64,000 nucleotides of DNA from Sedimentisphaerales bacterium (GTDB taxonomy: Bacteria > Planctomycetota > Phycisphaerae > Sedimentisphaerales > SM23-30): positions 3,303,283 through 3,367,282 of the forward strand of contig OY759675.1 of NCBI GenBank assembly GCA_963662515.1, given 5' to 3'. This document shows, piece by piece, positions 18,889 through 28,336 of this stretch. The stretch's first letter is position 1. Every line of letters begins with the position of its first letter. The notes under the pieces are model-generated. The model saw nothing but the letters and a program-made list of their open reading frames with translations, had not been told where the DNA came from and did not search any database. Made by a program: the position numbers and the translations under genes.

Positions 18889-20028
18889 ATGAATATTACA
18901 CATAAGACTATAACAATATTGATAGCAATAGCAACCTGGGCTTGTGCCGGGTCACTGGAACCGACCACCCCGCCAACTGCCGGGACCATGAAAACACTTG
19001 ACCAGATAGAGGCAAGAATACCGGTACAGTCCTTACCGTCTTCAAGCAGCTCGGAATATGTGATAAGCGAAGCCGGCAGCTATTACCTTACAGGGAACAT
19101 AACCTCCACCATTAATAACAAACACATTATAACAGTTAACGCCAGCAATGTAACATTGGATCTTAATGGCTTTACCATAAGCCGCGGAATAACAATGCTG
19201 GAGCAAAACTATGACGGCATACACATTCCCTGTGACTATGACAATGTTAAGATCAGTAATGGTGCAATTATCTGCACAAATACAGAGTCAAATCGGGGCT
19301 TGAGATATGGCATTTACGCCGATTATCAAAGCTCAACAGTAACCAGTGCAGACAATATCACAGTCAGCGGGGTTACGGTGAAATTTATAAAATTCCATGG
19401 CATATATCTGAGTGGCTCAGATAATATGATAGAAAACTGCGTAGCTGAAAACTGTACCGGAAAAGGGATATATGCTACATACCGCAGCCGAATCACAGGT
19501 TGCCATTCGGCTAATAACGACAGTATCGGCATTGAAGCAGGCAATGGCTCAATCGTAAAAGACAACTTTTCATACGGCAGTAAGCTCGATACGGGCATCC
19601 GCTGTTATGACAATTGCATAGTCGAGGGCAATACCAGCAACAACAACAAGTTAGCAGGCATTCAATGCGGCGACTATGGAGTAATTCAGAAAAATACCTG
19701 TAGCAACAATTCATACCGAGGGATTTTTACTAACACTGCCTGCTCAGTCATTGGCAATATCTGCTCAACAAATGGGAATTACGGTATATGGTGCCACAGC
19801 GGATGTACGGTCAGAGATAATACCAGCAGTGGCAATCTATCATCAGGCGGCATTTTTTGCTACAGTAAATGTACCATAGTAAATAATACGACATACAACA
19901 ATACCGGATTTGGCATAGGTTCTAACCATCATTGCCAGATAAGAAATAACACTTGCAGTGATAACACCGGCGATGAAATATATATGGGATCAGGTGGCGT
20001 AATTGCAGACAACTACACCTATAATTGA
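18889..20028 (+). CDS. Secreted right-handed parallel beta-helix repeat protein, paralogue of the upstream gene
   Basis: Shares GSLEPT..PTAGTMKTLDQIEAR and HCQIRNNTC..DNYT.N with 17870-18877. Confidence 0.85.
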   Translation: MNITHKTITILIAIATWACAGSLEPTTPPTAGTMKTLDQIEARIPVQSLPSSSSSEYVISEAGSYYLTGNITSTINNKHIITVNASNVTLDLNGFTISRGITMLEQNYDGIHIPCDYDNVKISNGAIICTNTESNRGLRYGIYADYQSSTVTSADNITVSGVTVKFIKFHGIYLSGSDNMIENCVAENCTGKGIYATYRSRITGCHSANNDSIGIEAGNGSIVKDNFSYGSKLDTGIRCYDNCIVEGNTSNNNKLAGIQCGDYGVIQKNTCSNNSYRGIFTNTACSVIGNICSTNGNYGIWCHSGCTVRDNTSSGNLSSGGIFCYSKCTIVNNTTYNNTGFGIGSNHHCQIRNNTCSDNTGDEIYMGSGGVIADNYTYN

Positions 20029-20040
20029 GGATAACGATCA

Positions 20041-20646
20041 ATGAAAAAGACATTAATAAGTGCAATAATATTTTTAATTGGCACAATATCGCTGGCGGCC
20101 AATATTGATCTGGAAAATACTGGCAATAAGTATGCCTGGTCGCAAAATGTAGGCTGGCTGAATTTTAAGCCGATCTATGGTGAAGGCGTCCAAGTATATC
20201 GCGACCGGGTTGAAGGTTTTGCCTGGGCAGAGAATATCGGCTGGCTAAATCTATCGCCGGAAAACTATGGCGGTGTTGCTAATGATGGATCTGGCAATCT
20301 CTCAGGTTATGCCTGGGGCGAAAATGTGGGCTGGATCAATTTCAAACCGGTAGTGCCAGGCAATTCGACGGATTATGGCGTAAAGATAGATGCAGATGGC
20401 AATTTTTCCGGCTGGGCGTGGGGTGAGAATATCGGCTGGATAAATTTTGGTTTAAGCACCAATAATGTGCGGGTTAGTATAGTAAATATCAGCGACCTGA
20501 CCAATTTTACAACAAACTGGCTGGAGCGGGTAAAGCGTAGTGACCCTGCCAACTTTAATGGCGATTACTATATCGACCTGAATGATTTTGCCGTACTGGC
20601 AGCAAACTGGCTGAACTATTGCCCGGCGGATTGGAAATTGAAATAA
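20041..20646 (+). CDS. Secreted protein with four AWxxNxGWxN(F/L) repeats and a C-terminal dockerin-like pair
   Basis: AWSQNVGWLNF, AWAENIGWLNL, AWGENVGWINF, AWGENIGWINF; NFNGDYYIDLNDFAVLAANWL. Confidence 0.75.
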   Translation: MKKTLISAIIFLIGTISLAANIDLENTGNKYAWSQNVGWLNFKPIYGEGVQVYRDRVEGFAWAENIGWLNLSPENYGGVANDGSGNLSGYAWGENVGWINFKPVVPGNSTDYGVKIDADGNFSGWAWGENIGWINFGLSTNNVRVSIVNISDLTNFTTNWLERVKRSDPANFNGDYYIDLNDFAVLAANWLNYCPADWKLK

Positions 20647-20829
20647 GGGCAATACCAAATTGCTTGCGGAAAAGTTTGGTGAATGCCTTCAAGCTCTGAA
20701 ATCCGGACTGACAGATAAATATAGTCACATAATGGTGTTTATGGTATTATATCTGACCGATGCGAAGCAAGAAGACACTGGCATGTCGCAGTAAATAACA
20801 TAACCATATATAAGACAAGAAATTAACTA

Positions 20830-21732
20830 ATGAAGCCGCCTTATAAGTCCAAAAAGAAAACCACAACAGTTCGCAACTCCAAGCCACCATTAAACTTACA
20901 GGTTACAACCCTGTGGGAATATCCCTCGCAGCATTATGGTGATGGCTTTCAGGGCGATCCGAACTATGTTGGGGCCACGCCCAGTTATATAATCTGGAAT
21001 CTGCTCAAGCGATACACTAAAGAAAAAGATCTGGTAATAGACCCAATGTGCGGTAGCGGTACGACACTGGATGTAGCTCGTGACCTGGGCAGGCGGGCAC
21101 TGGGTTATGATGTCAATCCGACGAGAGATGACATATTTCGGGTTGATGCCCGCAAGCTGGCACTGGAAGATGAGAAGGCTGACTTTGTTTTCATTGACCC
21201 GCCCTACTCGACCCATGTTGACTACAGCAATGACCCCCGCTGTATTGGCAAGCTGCATGCCGGTGATGAAGAATATTACAATTCAATGCGGCAGGTAATA
21301 AGCGAGATAAACCGGGTGCTTAAACCGGGCAAATATATGGGGCTTTATGTCAGTGATTCACACGAGGTAAAAAAAGGCTTCTTCCCTATAGGATTTGAGC
21401 TATTCAGTATTCTACGAGAGTTTTTTACGCCAATAGACATAATAGCAGTAGTCCGGCATAATCGTACCCTGGAAATGGGCAACTATCGCAAAGCGGCTGA
21501 TGAGGGTAATTTCTATCTGCGAGGCTTCAATTACCTGTTTATAATGCAAAAGCCGCTGGCAGTACCTACCACTGCCAAAAAGGCTAAAAAGGAAGCCCCG
21601 GGCCCTATGAGAGAAATGACACCAGAAAGGCCTTTGCGAAATGTAAAATACGGTTCATTGCAAGAAAAACAAAGACCTTCGAGACAAGGGCCGGGCAAGC
21701 CATATAAAAACAACAGGCGAGACAAGGGTTAA
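20830..21732 (+). CDS. SAM-dependent amino-group (N6/N4/N2) nucleic-acid methyltransferase, orphan
   Basis: Motif I DPMCGSGTT followed by catalytic DPPY; basic tails. Confidence 0.75.
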   Translation: MKPPYKSKKKTTTVRNSKPPLNLQVTTLWEYPSQHYGDGFQGDPNYVGATPSYIIWNLLKRYTKEKDLVIDPMCGSGTTLDVARDLGRRALGYDVNPTRDDIFRVDARKLALEDEKADFVFIDPPYSTHVDYSNDPRCIGKLHAGDEEYYNSMRQVISEINRVLKPGKYMGLYVSDSHEVKKGFFPIGFELFSILREFFTPIDIIAVVRHNRTLEMGNYRKAADEGNFYLRGFNYLFIMQKPLAVPTTAKKAKKEAPGPMREMTPERPLRNVKYGSLQEKQRPSRQGPGKPYKNNRRDKG

Positions 21733-21795
21733 CACCCTGCCCCGCCTGATATAATTGCGACATATCTGTTAATTGGTCAGAAACTAAAAGCCAGA

Positions 21796-23937
21796 TCAAT
21801 TAAACTCATCAAAGCCATCATTTTCAAAGGGTATGACCGATTCTGCATGACTGACAGCTTTAGCTGTTGGCGTAGTCTTAACCGGTTCTGTTTTTTTAGC
21901 CGAGCCTGAAGCTATGTTATGAAATGTTTGATCTGTCTTGCCAAACTTTGGCGTTTGCTTTGGTTTGGCTGTCTGTGCCTTTGCCATATAATTCGATTCC
22001 CTACCGTTACCACCGACCATAGCAGCCAGTTCAAACACTATCTCTTTCATAGTCTCAGCCTGAGCGGTAAGTTCCTCAGCAGCCGATGCCCCTTGTTCTG
22101 AAGCAGAAGCGGCAGACTGGGTTACCCCGTCCATCTGGCGTATGGCAGTCTTGATCTGATTTATCGCTGCTGCCTGCTCATCATTAGAGGTTGAAATATT
22201 ACTTACAAATTCAGTGGTTTTACCAACCGATTGAGTAATCTCATCAAGCATATTACCAACCTTAGTAACTATCTCCACTCCGTTATTGGCATTTTTAACT
22301 GACTCTTCTATCATGCCGGTAGTACTGCGAGCAGCCTCAGCGGAACGCATGGCCAGATTTCTGACTTCTTCGGCTACAACAGCAAAACCCTTACCAGCTT
22401 CACCCGCGCGAGCAGCCTCAACAGCGGCATTAAGGGCAAGCAGATTAGTCTGAAATGCTATTTCATCAATAGTCTTAACTATCTTACTTGTCTCTTCAGA
22501 TGATTTCTGTATATCATTTATAGCAGCACTCATCTCCGTCATAGCCTTAGTACCACTTGAAGTAGAACTACTTACTTCCTGGGCAAATTTATGGGCATGT
22601 TTAGCATTTTCAGCATTAGCAATTATCTGACTGGCTATCTCATCCATAGAGCTGGTAACTTCTTCAATACCTGCCGCCTGCTCACAACTGCCCTGAGCCA
22701 GAGACTGAGACGAGCTGGAAACCTGGCTGGCAGCAGCAGCAACCTGTTCTGCACTAACGGTCATAGATTCGATAGCCTGCTTGAGAACCTTAATAATTGA
22801 AGTACATATAACAAATGACAATACTATCGAAACTACTGAAATTATAGTACCAGCGACGGCAGAAAAACCGATACTTCTCTGCATTCCTTCACACATCTCC
22901 TGGGAAGTTTTACTTGCCTGTTCACTAACCTCAGTAATACCAGAAACCTGTTTTGCTATCTTAGCTTCGAGTAAATTTGTGAGTTCATCAATAGAATTTC
23001 TGAATATGCCAAAAGCTGCCATTGATTTAGCATGTAATGCCTTTCTGGCCAGACGACTTTCAACTCCCTGGGCAGAAATAGCCACAAGTGCCTTGCAATC
23101 TGACTGCCATCTCTCATAGTATCCCTTAAACTCTGCATAAATAGCGTTCATGCTATCATCGAATACGACAGAAGCTTTGGTTGCCCGATCGAAAACCTGC
23201 TGAATATTTTCAACATTATCACTGACAATCTTAGTCATTTGTTCTGGACTGTCAGTGACCATGGCCTGCATCTGGGAAAGATAAGCCTGATAAGCATCAC
23301 GGTCGGCGTTAAGCAGCAAAGTGTAGCTTTCATACAGTTCATTAGTCTGCTGTTTAGTAGATGCCTCATCTGCAGTCAGCACCTTTATCTTTTCTTCAAG
23401 CAGCATTTCGATCCGGTCGATACAATCACGCATCTTGTCGAACTGAGCTACGCTTGTTTCCATAAGCAGGCCACGCTGGCGATGATCTTCAGCCAGAGCC
23501 AAAGACATTTTAAGTATCTCCCGACAGTTATCATTCCAGAGGCGGAACTGCTCTTTGAATACACCATATTTGGTGTTCATCTGACTATCGAAATCAGTTG
23601 CAGATTTAGCAACGCGTTCTTCGACCTGTTTAATATTTTCCAGACTGTCTGCTTCGAGCCCTTTAAGATCCTCAAGCTCATCGGTCTCCATAGCAAGGAT
23701 CTGGGCTACATAAGCCTGATAAGCATCACGGTCAGCACTAAGTAAAAAAGCAATAGCACTATTGGAATTGTTTATAGCAGGAATGTCTTTTTCCACAATA
23801 GGCATAAACACATCCTGCACGGTAGTCTCTACCTCATTACTAACACTTTTCATTTTATAAGTGTTATAACTAAGAAATGCTACCAAACCCACTACCGGGA
23901 TAATAACCGTTACTAAAATTTTTGCTTTAATTGTCAT
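21796..23937 (-). CDS. Methyl-accepting chemotaxis protein
   Basis: Two TM helices; [37 protein letters not shown]; C-terminal GFDEF pentapeptide-like motif. Confidence 0.95.
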   Translation of the reverse strand: MTIKAKILVTVIIPVVGLVAFLSYNTYKMKSVSNEVETTVQDVFMPIVEKDIPAINNSNSAIAFLLSADRDAYQAYVAQILAMETDELEDLKGLEADSLENIKQVEERVAKSATDFDSQMNTKYGVFKEQFRLWNDNCREILKMSLALAEDHRQRGLLMETSVAQFDKMRDCIDRIEMLLEEKIKVLTADEASTKQQTNELYESYTLLLNADRDAYQAYLSQMQAMVTDSPEQMTKIVSDNVENIQQVFDRATKASVVFDDSMNAIYAEFKGYYERWQSDCKALVAISAQGVESRLARKALHAKSMAAFGIFRNSIDELTNLLEAKIAKQVSGITEVSEQASKTSQEMCEGMQRSIGFSAVAGTIISVVSIVLSFVICTSIIKVLKQAIESMTVSAEQVAAAASQVSSSSQSLAQGSCEQAAGIEEVTSSMDEIASQIIANAENAKHAHKFAQEVSSSTSSGTKAMTEMSAAINDIQKSSEETSKIVKTIDEIAFQTNLLALNAAVEAARAGEAGKGFAVVAEEVRNLAMRSAEAARSTTGMIEESVKNANNGVEIVTKVGNMLDEITQSVGKTTEFVSNISTSNDEQAAAINQIKTAIRQMDGVTQSAASASEQGASAAEELTAQAETMKEIVFELAAMVGGNGRESNYMAKAQTAKPKQTPKFGKTDQTFHNIASGSAKKTEPVKTTPTAKAVSHAESVIPFENDGFDEFN

Positions 23938-24263
23938 CGTCTAAAAACCTCCAGTTATTGTCATGCTTAATCAAAACCAGCCTTAATTCCAGACAGGTAT
24001 CACTACAGGCTTATACTCGACATTTATCTTTGGTGAAGTGAGATTGAAATTTAAATAATAAGCAGGAGTTAAAAATGAGCAAAAACGAGAGCATGACAAG
24101 TCCACCATATCAACTGACATGAAAAGTAGTTATATCAATAATCACACAAACTAATACTTTTTATATCATAATTAATAAATGAAACAAATGATAGCTCAGA
24201 CCAAAGACTATTTGATATTATAGGACCTAATTATTCATCAAAACAAGAGTCAGAAACTACTCA

Positions 24264-25313
24264 TCATTGAAAATATATAACAGAGCTTTTCTTATATTCA
24301 TGCACTGTATTGAGTATCTGAAAGTCAGATGACTGTGCCGTATATATAAGGATGTTAATATTATCTTTTAGCTCGGCTGCACTTCTGGCATGAACCATCG
24401 CATAAAGATCATAATTCCAATGAGCATTTCGTCTTCGCTGGTAGCAATGACTGACAAAATCAAAGCGTGCTAGATTTTGTCCAGCCTGACTGATACTATC
24501 TTCATCTGGCAAAGCAAAGACTACCATAGCATTATGGCCAAAGCCCAAATGGTAATGCCGCACACGAGCACTCAGGCGACGCATAACTCCTTGTTGCTGC
24601 CACATTTGCAACTTACCAATAATTTCTTGCTCTGACATTAAAACAGGATCAGCCTTTTTTGCCATATTACTGGAAATAAGATCAAAAGGGCGAGAAATGA
24701 CAGGAATACCCTTTTGTAATTCAGAAATAAGCTGCTTGTCACTTTCGGCAATGACCGAGGCAGATGACGAAGTGCTTAAGTGAGGAACAGTAATTTCGCG
24801 GGTCGGGAGAGCCGTTTTTTTACCGAATAATACTTTCAACTTGAACATTTTAACAGCGGGCAAGCTCATAATCATTGATAAATTGAATCGATTTTGCAAT
24901 TTCACCAAAAAAGGCAAAAAAATATCACTGCCAAGGTTATTTTCATCAGGAAGAGCAATAGTAAACCACAGATTAAGTTTATGTTTTCGCCCGTAATTAT
25001 GCGATACGCCGGGGAGTGAATTGAGCCAGTTAACAATATTTTCCAACCGGTCTTCAGGTACGGCAGCAGCAATAAGCGTACTGGCATAATTAAGTTTTTT
25101 AGCATTAAAAACCGGTGTAATCTCACGAATAATACCACCCTGGATAAGTTCTCTGGTAATTTCGAGCACCTTACCCGGCTCGAGACCGGTTTTGTCAGCA
25201 ACAACATGGTACGGCTGGTCGCACAAAGCCATGCCAGCCTGCAACTCGGCGAGAATGTCTGGTATTGATCCTTCTGTCATGGCACAAGAAATATTGTCTT
25301 GCCTGTTAACCAT
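24264..25313 (-). CDS. Fused siroheme decarboxylase AhbA/AhbB (NirDL-type, AsnC-like)
   Basis: GVSHNYGR..NLWFT (AhbA-like half) and VSHCYQR..WNYDLYAMVH..EYKKSS (AhbB-like half). Confidence 0.85.
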   Translation of the reverse strand: MVNRQDNISCAMTEGSIPDILAELQAGMALCDQPYHVVADKTGLEPGKVLEITRELIQGGIIREITPVFNAKKLNYASTLIAAAVPEDRLENIVNWLNSLPGVSHNYGRKHKLNLWFTIALPDENNLGSDIFLPFLVKLQNRFNLSMIMSLPAVKMFKLKVLFGKKTALPTREITVPHLSTSSSASVIAESDKQLISELQKGIPVISRPFDLISSNMAKKADPVLMSEQEIIGKLQMWQQQGVMRRLSARVRHYHLGFGHNAMVVFALPDEDSISQAGQNLARFDFVSHCYQRRRNAHWNYDLYAMVHARSAAELKDNINILIYTAQSSDFQILNTVHEYKKSSVIYFQ

Positions 25314-25402
25314 ATTGTATCTAAAATGTCTCCTGCAAAATAATTGTAATTCTATCTGAATCAGATCACAGAGGATTATACAGGATAAAAACGAAAAAAT
25401 AA

Positions 25403-26170
25403 ATGCTGTTTAATATTGCCAACATTCTAGTTCTGGCTGAAGAGCAATTACCCTCCAGGGGCATATTGTCAGGGATACCACTGCAAACAATAATCCTGTT
25501 TTTTATGATGTTGGTCGTAATGTTTGTCATATTGCGTTCAACCTCTCGTAAGAGTATCCAAATACGGGATAAAAATGCCGGGGTCACAGCCAGAGAAATG
25601 ATAGAAAGGCAACAGCGAGAAAACCCCAACAATTCCATCAGCCGGCTTCAGGAACTTATGGCCGCTCTGGCCGATATGTCGCGTGAGATAAATGGCCAGC
25701 TTGACACCAGAGCTGCCAAGCTGGAAATACTGCTGGCGCAGGCAGATAAGAAAATAGAGGTTTATAAAAAGCTGCTTGAGGAAAGTCGATCTTTCGATAC
25801 TCAGGCAAGAGCAGATAGTAAAACCCAGAACAATACCGCCCAATCAGGCAATCGAAATAATGTAAAACCCGTTACGGTGGTTTCTGTACCATATACAGAT
25901 ACTACAACTGCTGATATATTCATCACTAGTGACAACGAGGTTCAGAATGCAGAAGAAGAACAGTGCAATTCGGTTAAAGAGACTACAACAGAGATACAAC
26001 CAGAACCAGAAAATGCTCCCAAACAGGAAAACGCCCCCGACAGCAAACAACAGGTACTGGATTTAGCTCAAAGCGGCTTACCGATCGCTGACATCTCTCG
26101 TTTGACAGGACGGCCCACCGGTGAAGTAGAACTAATCCTGAATTTATCAGGTATAAAAAGTAGAAAGTAA
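25403..26170 (+). CDS. Membrane-anchored coiled-coil protein with C-terminal HTH-like motif (DUF2802/DUF6115-like)
   Basis: TM helix, coiled coil, GLPIADISRLTGRPTGEVELILNL. Confidence 0.55.
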   Translation: MLFNIANILVLAEEQLPSRGILSGIPLQTIILFFMMLVVMFVILRSTSRKSIQIRDKNAGVTAREMIERQQRENPNNSISRLQELMAALADMSREINGQLDTRAAKLEILLAQADKKIEVYKKLLEESRSFDTQARADSKTQNNTAQSGNRNNVKPVTVVSVPYTDTTTADIFITSDNEVQNAEEEQCNSVKETTTEIQPEPENAPKQENAPDSKQQVLDLAQSGLPIADISRLTGRPTGEVELILNLSGIKSRK

Positions 26171-26176
26171 AGAAGA

Positions 26177-26740
26177 ATGTTATTAAAGGAATTTCTGCGT
26201 TCGCCCGGCAGTGTCGGAGCGATCAAGGCCAGCAGTAAATATCTGGCGGCCGAAATGGTAAAGCAGGCTCGCGTGGCAGAAGCTGATACCATAGTTGAGC
26301 TTGGTGCGGGTACAGGTGCATTTACGGGCTTAATACAGGAGAGGAGAAAAAGCGGATCTACTTTTATCGCGCTGGAGATCAATCCGAACCTGTCAGCAGT
26401 ATTGAGGGAGCAGTTGCCTGAAGTAACGGTTATTACCGATTCGGTAGAAAATCTCACCGACATTCTCAGTCGGCATGAAATCAAAAAAATCGATTCAATA
26501 GTGTGCGGCCTGCCCTGGGCGGCGTTTAACCCGGAACTGCAAGATCGCCTGTTCAACTCGATCATTAATGCTATGACACCCGGAGGGCGATTCTGCACCT
26601 TTGCATATTTGCAGGGGCTGTTATTGCCAGCCGGACAGCGATTCCGCAAGAAGCTCAAGCAGAATTTCAGTCAGGTAAGCCAATCACCGACAGTATGGCG
26701 AAATACACCCCCGGCATTTGTTTACAATTGCGTGAAATAA
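26177..26740 (+). CDS. Phospholipid/ornithine-lipid N-methyltransferase (PmtA/OlsG-like)
   Basis: VGAIKASSKYLA, VELGAGTG, IVCGLPW, VWRNTPPAFVY. Confidence 0.8.
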   Translation: MLLKEFLRSPGSVGAIKASSKYLAAEMVKQARVAEADTIVELGAGTGAFTGLIQERRKSGSTFIALEINPNLSAVLREQLPEVTVITDSVENLTDILSRHEIKKIDSIVCGLPWAAFNPELQDRLFNSIINAMTPGGRFCTFAYLQGLLLPAGQRFRKKLKQNFSQVSQSPTVWRNTPPAFVYNCVK

Positions 26741-26772
26741 CCTACTGTAAGACCAGCCGAATTTAAAACACC

Positions 26773-26803
26773 AAAGGCCTTTTCAAACCACGAAAAGGCC
26801 TTT
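26773..26803. terminator. Bidirectional terminator
   Basis: aaaggccttttc / gaaaaggccttt between convergent genes. Confidence 0.7.
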
Positions 26804-26834
26804 AGCGTCTCTTAAAGGTGGAATTTTATCTACT

Positions 26835-27257
26835 CTACTTCTGCATTTTAATGAGCTCTTCAAGTGTTTCGGTTTTCCTATAGGCCAACCCGGTAAAAAC
26901 AGCAATTAGCTTATCATCCTGATTAGTAACGCGGACATCATAGCTGGCCATCTTGTGTCCACAGTTGATCTCTGTGGCCGTTGCAGTAAGTATATCGCCG
27001 GGCAGGCCGGGATTAACATAGACAATATTAGTCGAAGCCCCCACCGAAACCCGTCCATGTGAATTAACCGCCGCGGCAAAGGCCAGATCAGCCAGAGTAA
27101 AGATAGCCCCGCCATGAGCGACGCCTCCGCCGTTGAGGTGACATTCCTTTATTTCCAGACGGGCAATCGCCGAGCCAGAGCCAACTGAGACGATCTCAGT
27201 GCCAACAAGCTGTCCAAATTTATCGTATTTGCTGACGAAATCAATAAGATTTCCCAT
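26835..27257 (-). CDS. PaaI-family hotdog thioesterase
   Basis: HLNGGGVAHGGAIFTLADLAFAAAVNS. Confidence 0.9.
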   Translation of the reverse strand: MGNLIDFVSKYDKFGQLVGTEIVSVGSGSAIARLEIKECHLNGGGVAHGGAIFTLADLAFAAAVNSHGRVSVGASTNIVYVNPGLPGDILTATATEINCGHKMASYDVRVTNQDDKLIAVFTGLAYRKTETLEELIKMQK

Positions 27258-27304
27258 GAACTACTCCCTATTATAAATTTGCTCAAAGACTAGCATTCAC
27301 CTGG

Positions 27305-28336
27305 CTATTGCAATTCTGACACAATTATCAGCATAAGTCGTTTGGTAAATACCATTGAATCTTCATAACTCAAATGTGAACCATCCAGACAATTACAATC
27401 GGCCAGTTCAGTATACTCGGTGAAATGGATAGGCAATACATCAAGGTTGTCTCTGAGATAATTCCAACACTGCCATTCTGGGTATTGCTCTTGCGACCAC
27501 TTCCAATAATCGCCAGATTCTGGCATACGGAGCAGAACGACTCTGCCGCCACGAGCAATGATCTTATCGACTGCTGGTTTAAATCTCGTATCAATAATCT
27601 GCTCTAACTCGGAAAAATCATGATATATGCAATTTCTAAGGCCATCTCGGTCATAATCTAACCTATCACGCAATACCTTGTCAGTAATACTCTTGAATTT
27701 AATTACCATTTGCCCGTCCGGCAACACATACAGTTCCTTATCGCTTCCATTGAGCCGACCAAATATCTTGCCATATAAATAACCAATAAGTCTCACTGGC
27801 GTATTTCTAACACTAAACATACATAAATGAGACTGTAAAAAATATTCAGCCTCTTGATTTATTACCATATTAAGATTTTTTGCATATTTATGATAATAAT
27901 TTAAATATTCTCTCTGAATGAACTCAGTTAAAGGATGCAAATAGGCAGGTGTGACAGAGCAAACAAGCACACCTTTGAAATGTTCATCTGCGGCAAAATG
28001 TTCCACTGTCGGCAGAAGCCCGGAACCACTAACCCCTAAATTTACAGTATAATAGTCGGAGTATTCCCGATTAATCAGATCAGCGGAAATACCACATTCC
28101 ACTCTGGACATTCCCAGGAATACGATGTCTTTTTTTTCAGGATGAGTGCCCACCCGACTGCGGATAAGCGACCATGTGCCCGGCGAATAGCGGATAACCG
28201 GGAAGTCACCTGACTTTCGTAATAACATTTCCCAGAGTGGTAATATTATTATCAACAAAGCCAGAACAGTGAGCCACAGCTTTAAATATTTATCACGCGG
28301 CAGTCTGTTATTAGAATTGGAAGTAAATGAACGCAC
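27305..28336 (-). CDS. Membrane-anchored SGNH/DltD-like partner of MBOAT
   Basis: TM helix, VFLGMSR, NLGVSG, DGSHL; overlaps the MBOAT 3' end. Confidence 0.6.
   Translation of the reverse strand: MRSFTSNSNNRLPRDKYLKLWLTVLALLIIILPLWEMLLRKSGDFPVIRYSPGTWSLIRSRVGTHPEKKDIVFLGMSRVECGISADLINREYSDYYTVNLGVSGSGLLPTVEHFAADEHFKGVLVCSVTPAYLHPLTEFIQREYLNYYHKYAKNLNMVINQEAEYFLQSHLCMFSVRNTPVRLIGYLYGKIFGRLNGSDKELYVLPDGQMVIKFKSITDKVLRDRLDYDRDGLRNCIYHDFSELEQIIDTRFKPAVDKIIARGGRVVLLRMPESGDYWKWSQEQYPEWQCWNYLRDNLDVLPIHFTEYTELADCNCLDGSHLSYEDSMVFTKRLMLIIVSELQ

Noticed and set aside
18779-20028. Possible DGR template/variable repeat pair at the 3' ends of the beta-helix genes
   Set aside because: Differences are not adenine-specific, both copies are coding, and no reverse transcriptase is present
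20130-20450. Four spaced DNA repeats resembling an array
   Set aside because: They are in-frame protein repeats (AWxxNxGW) differing mainly at synonymous sites
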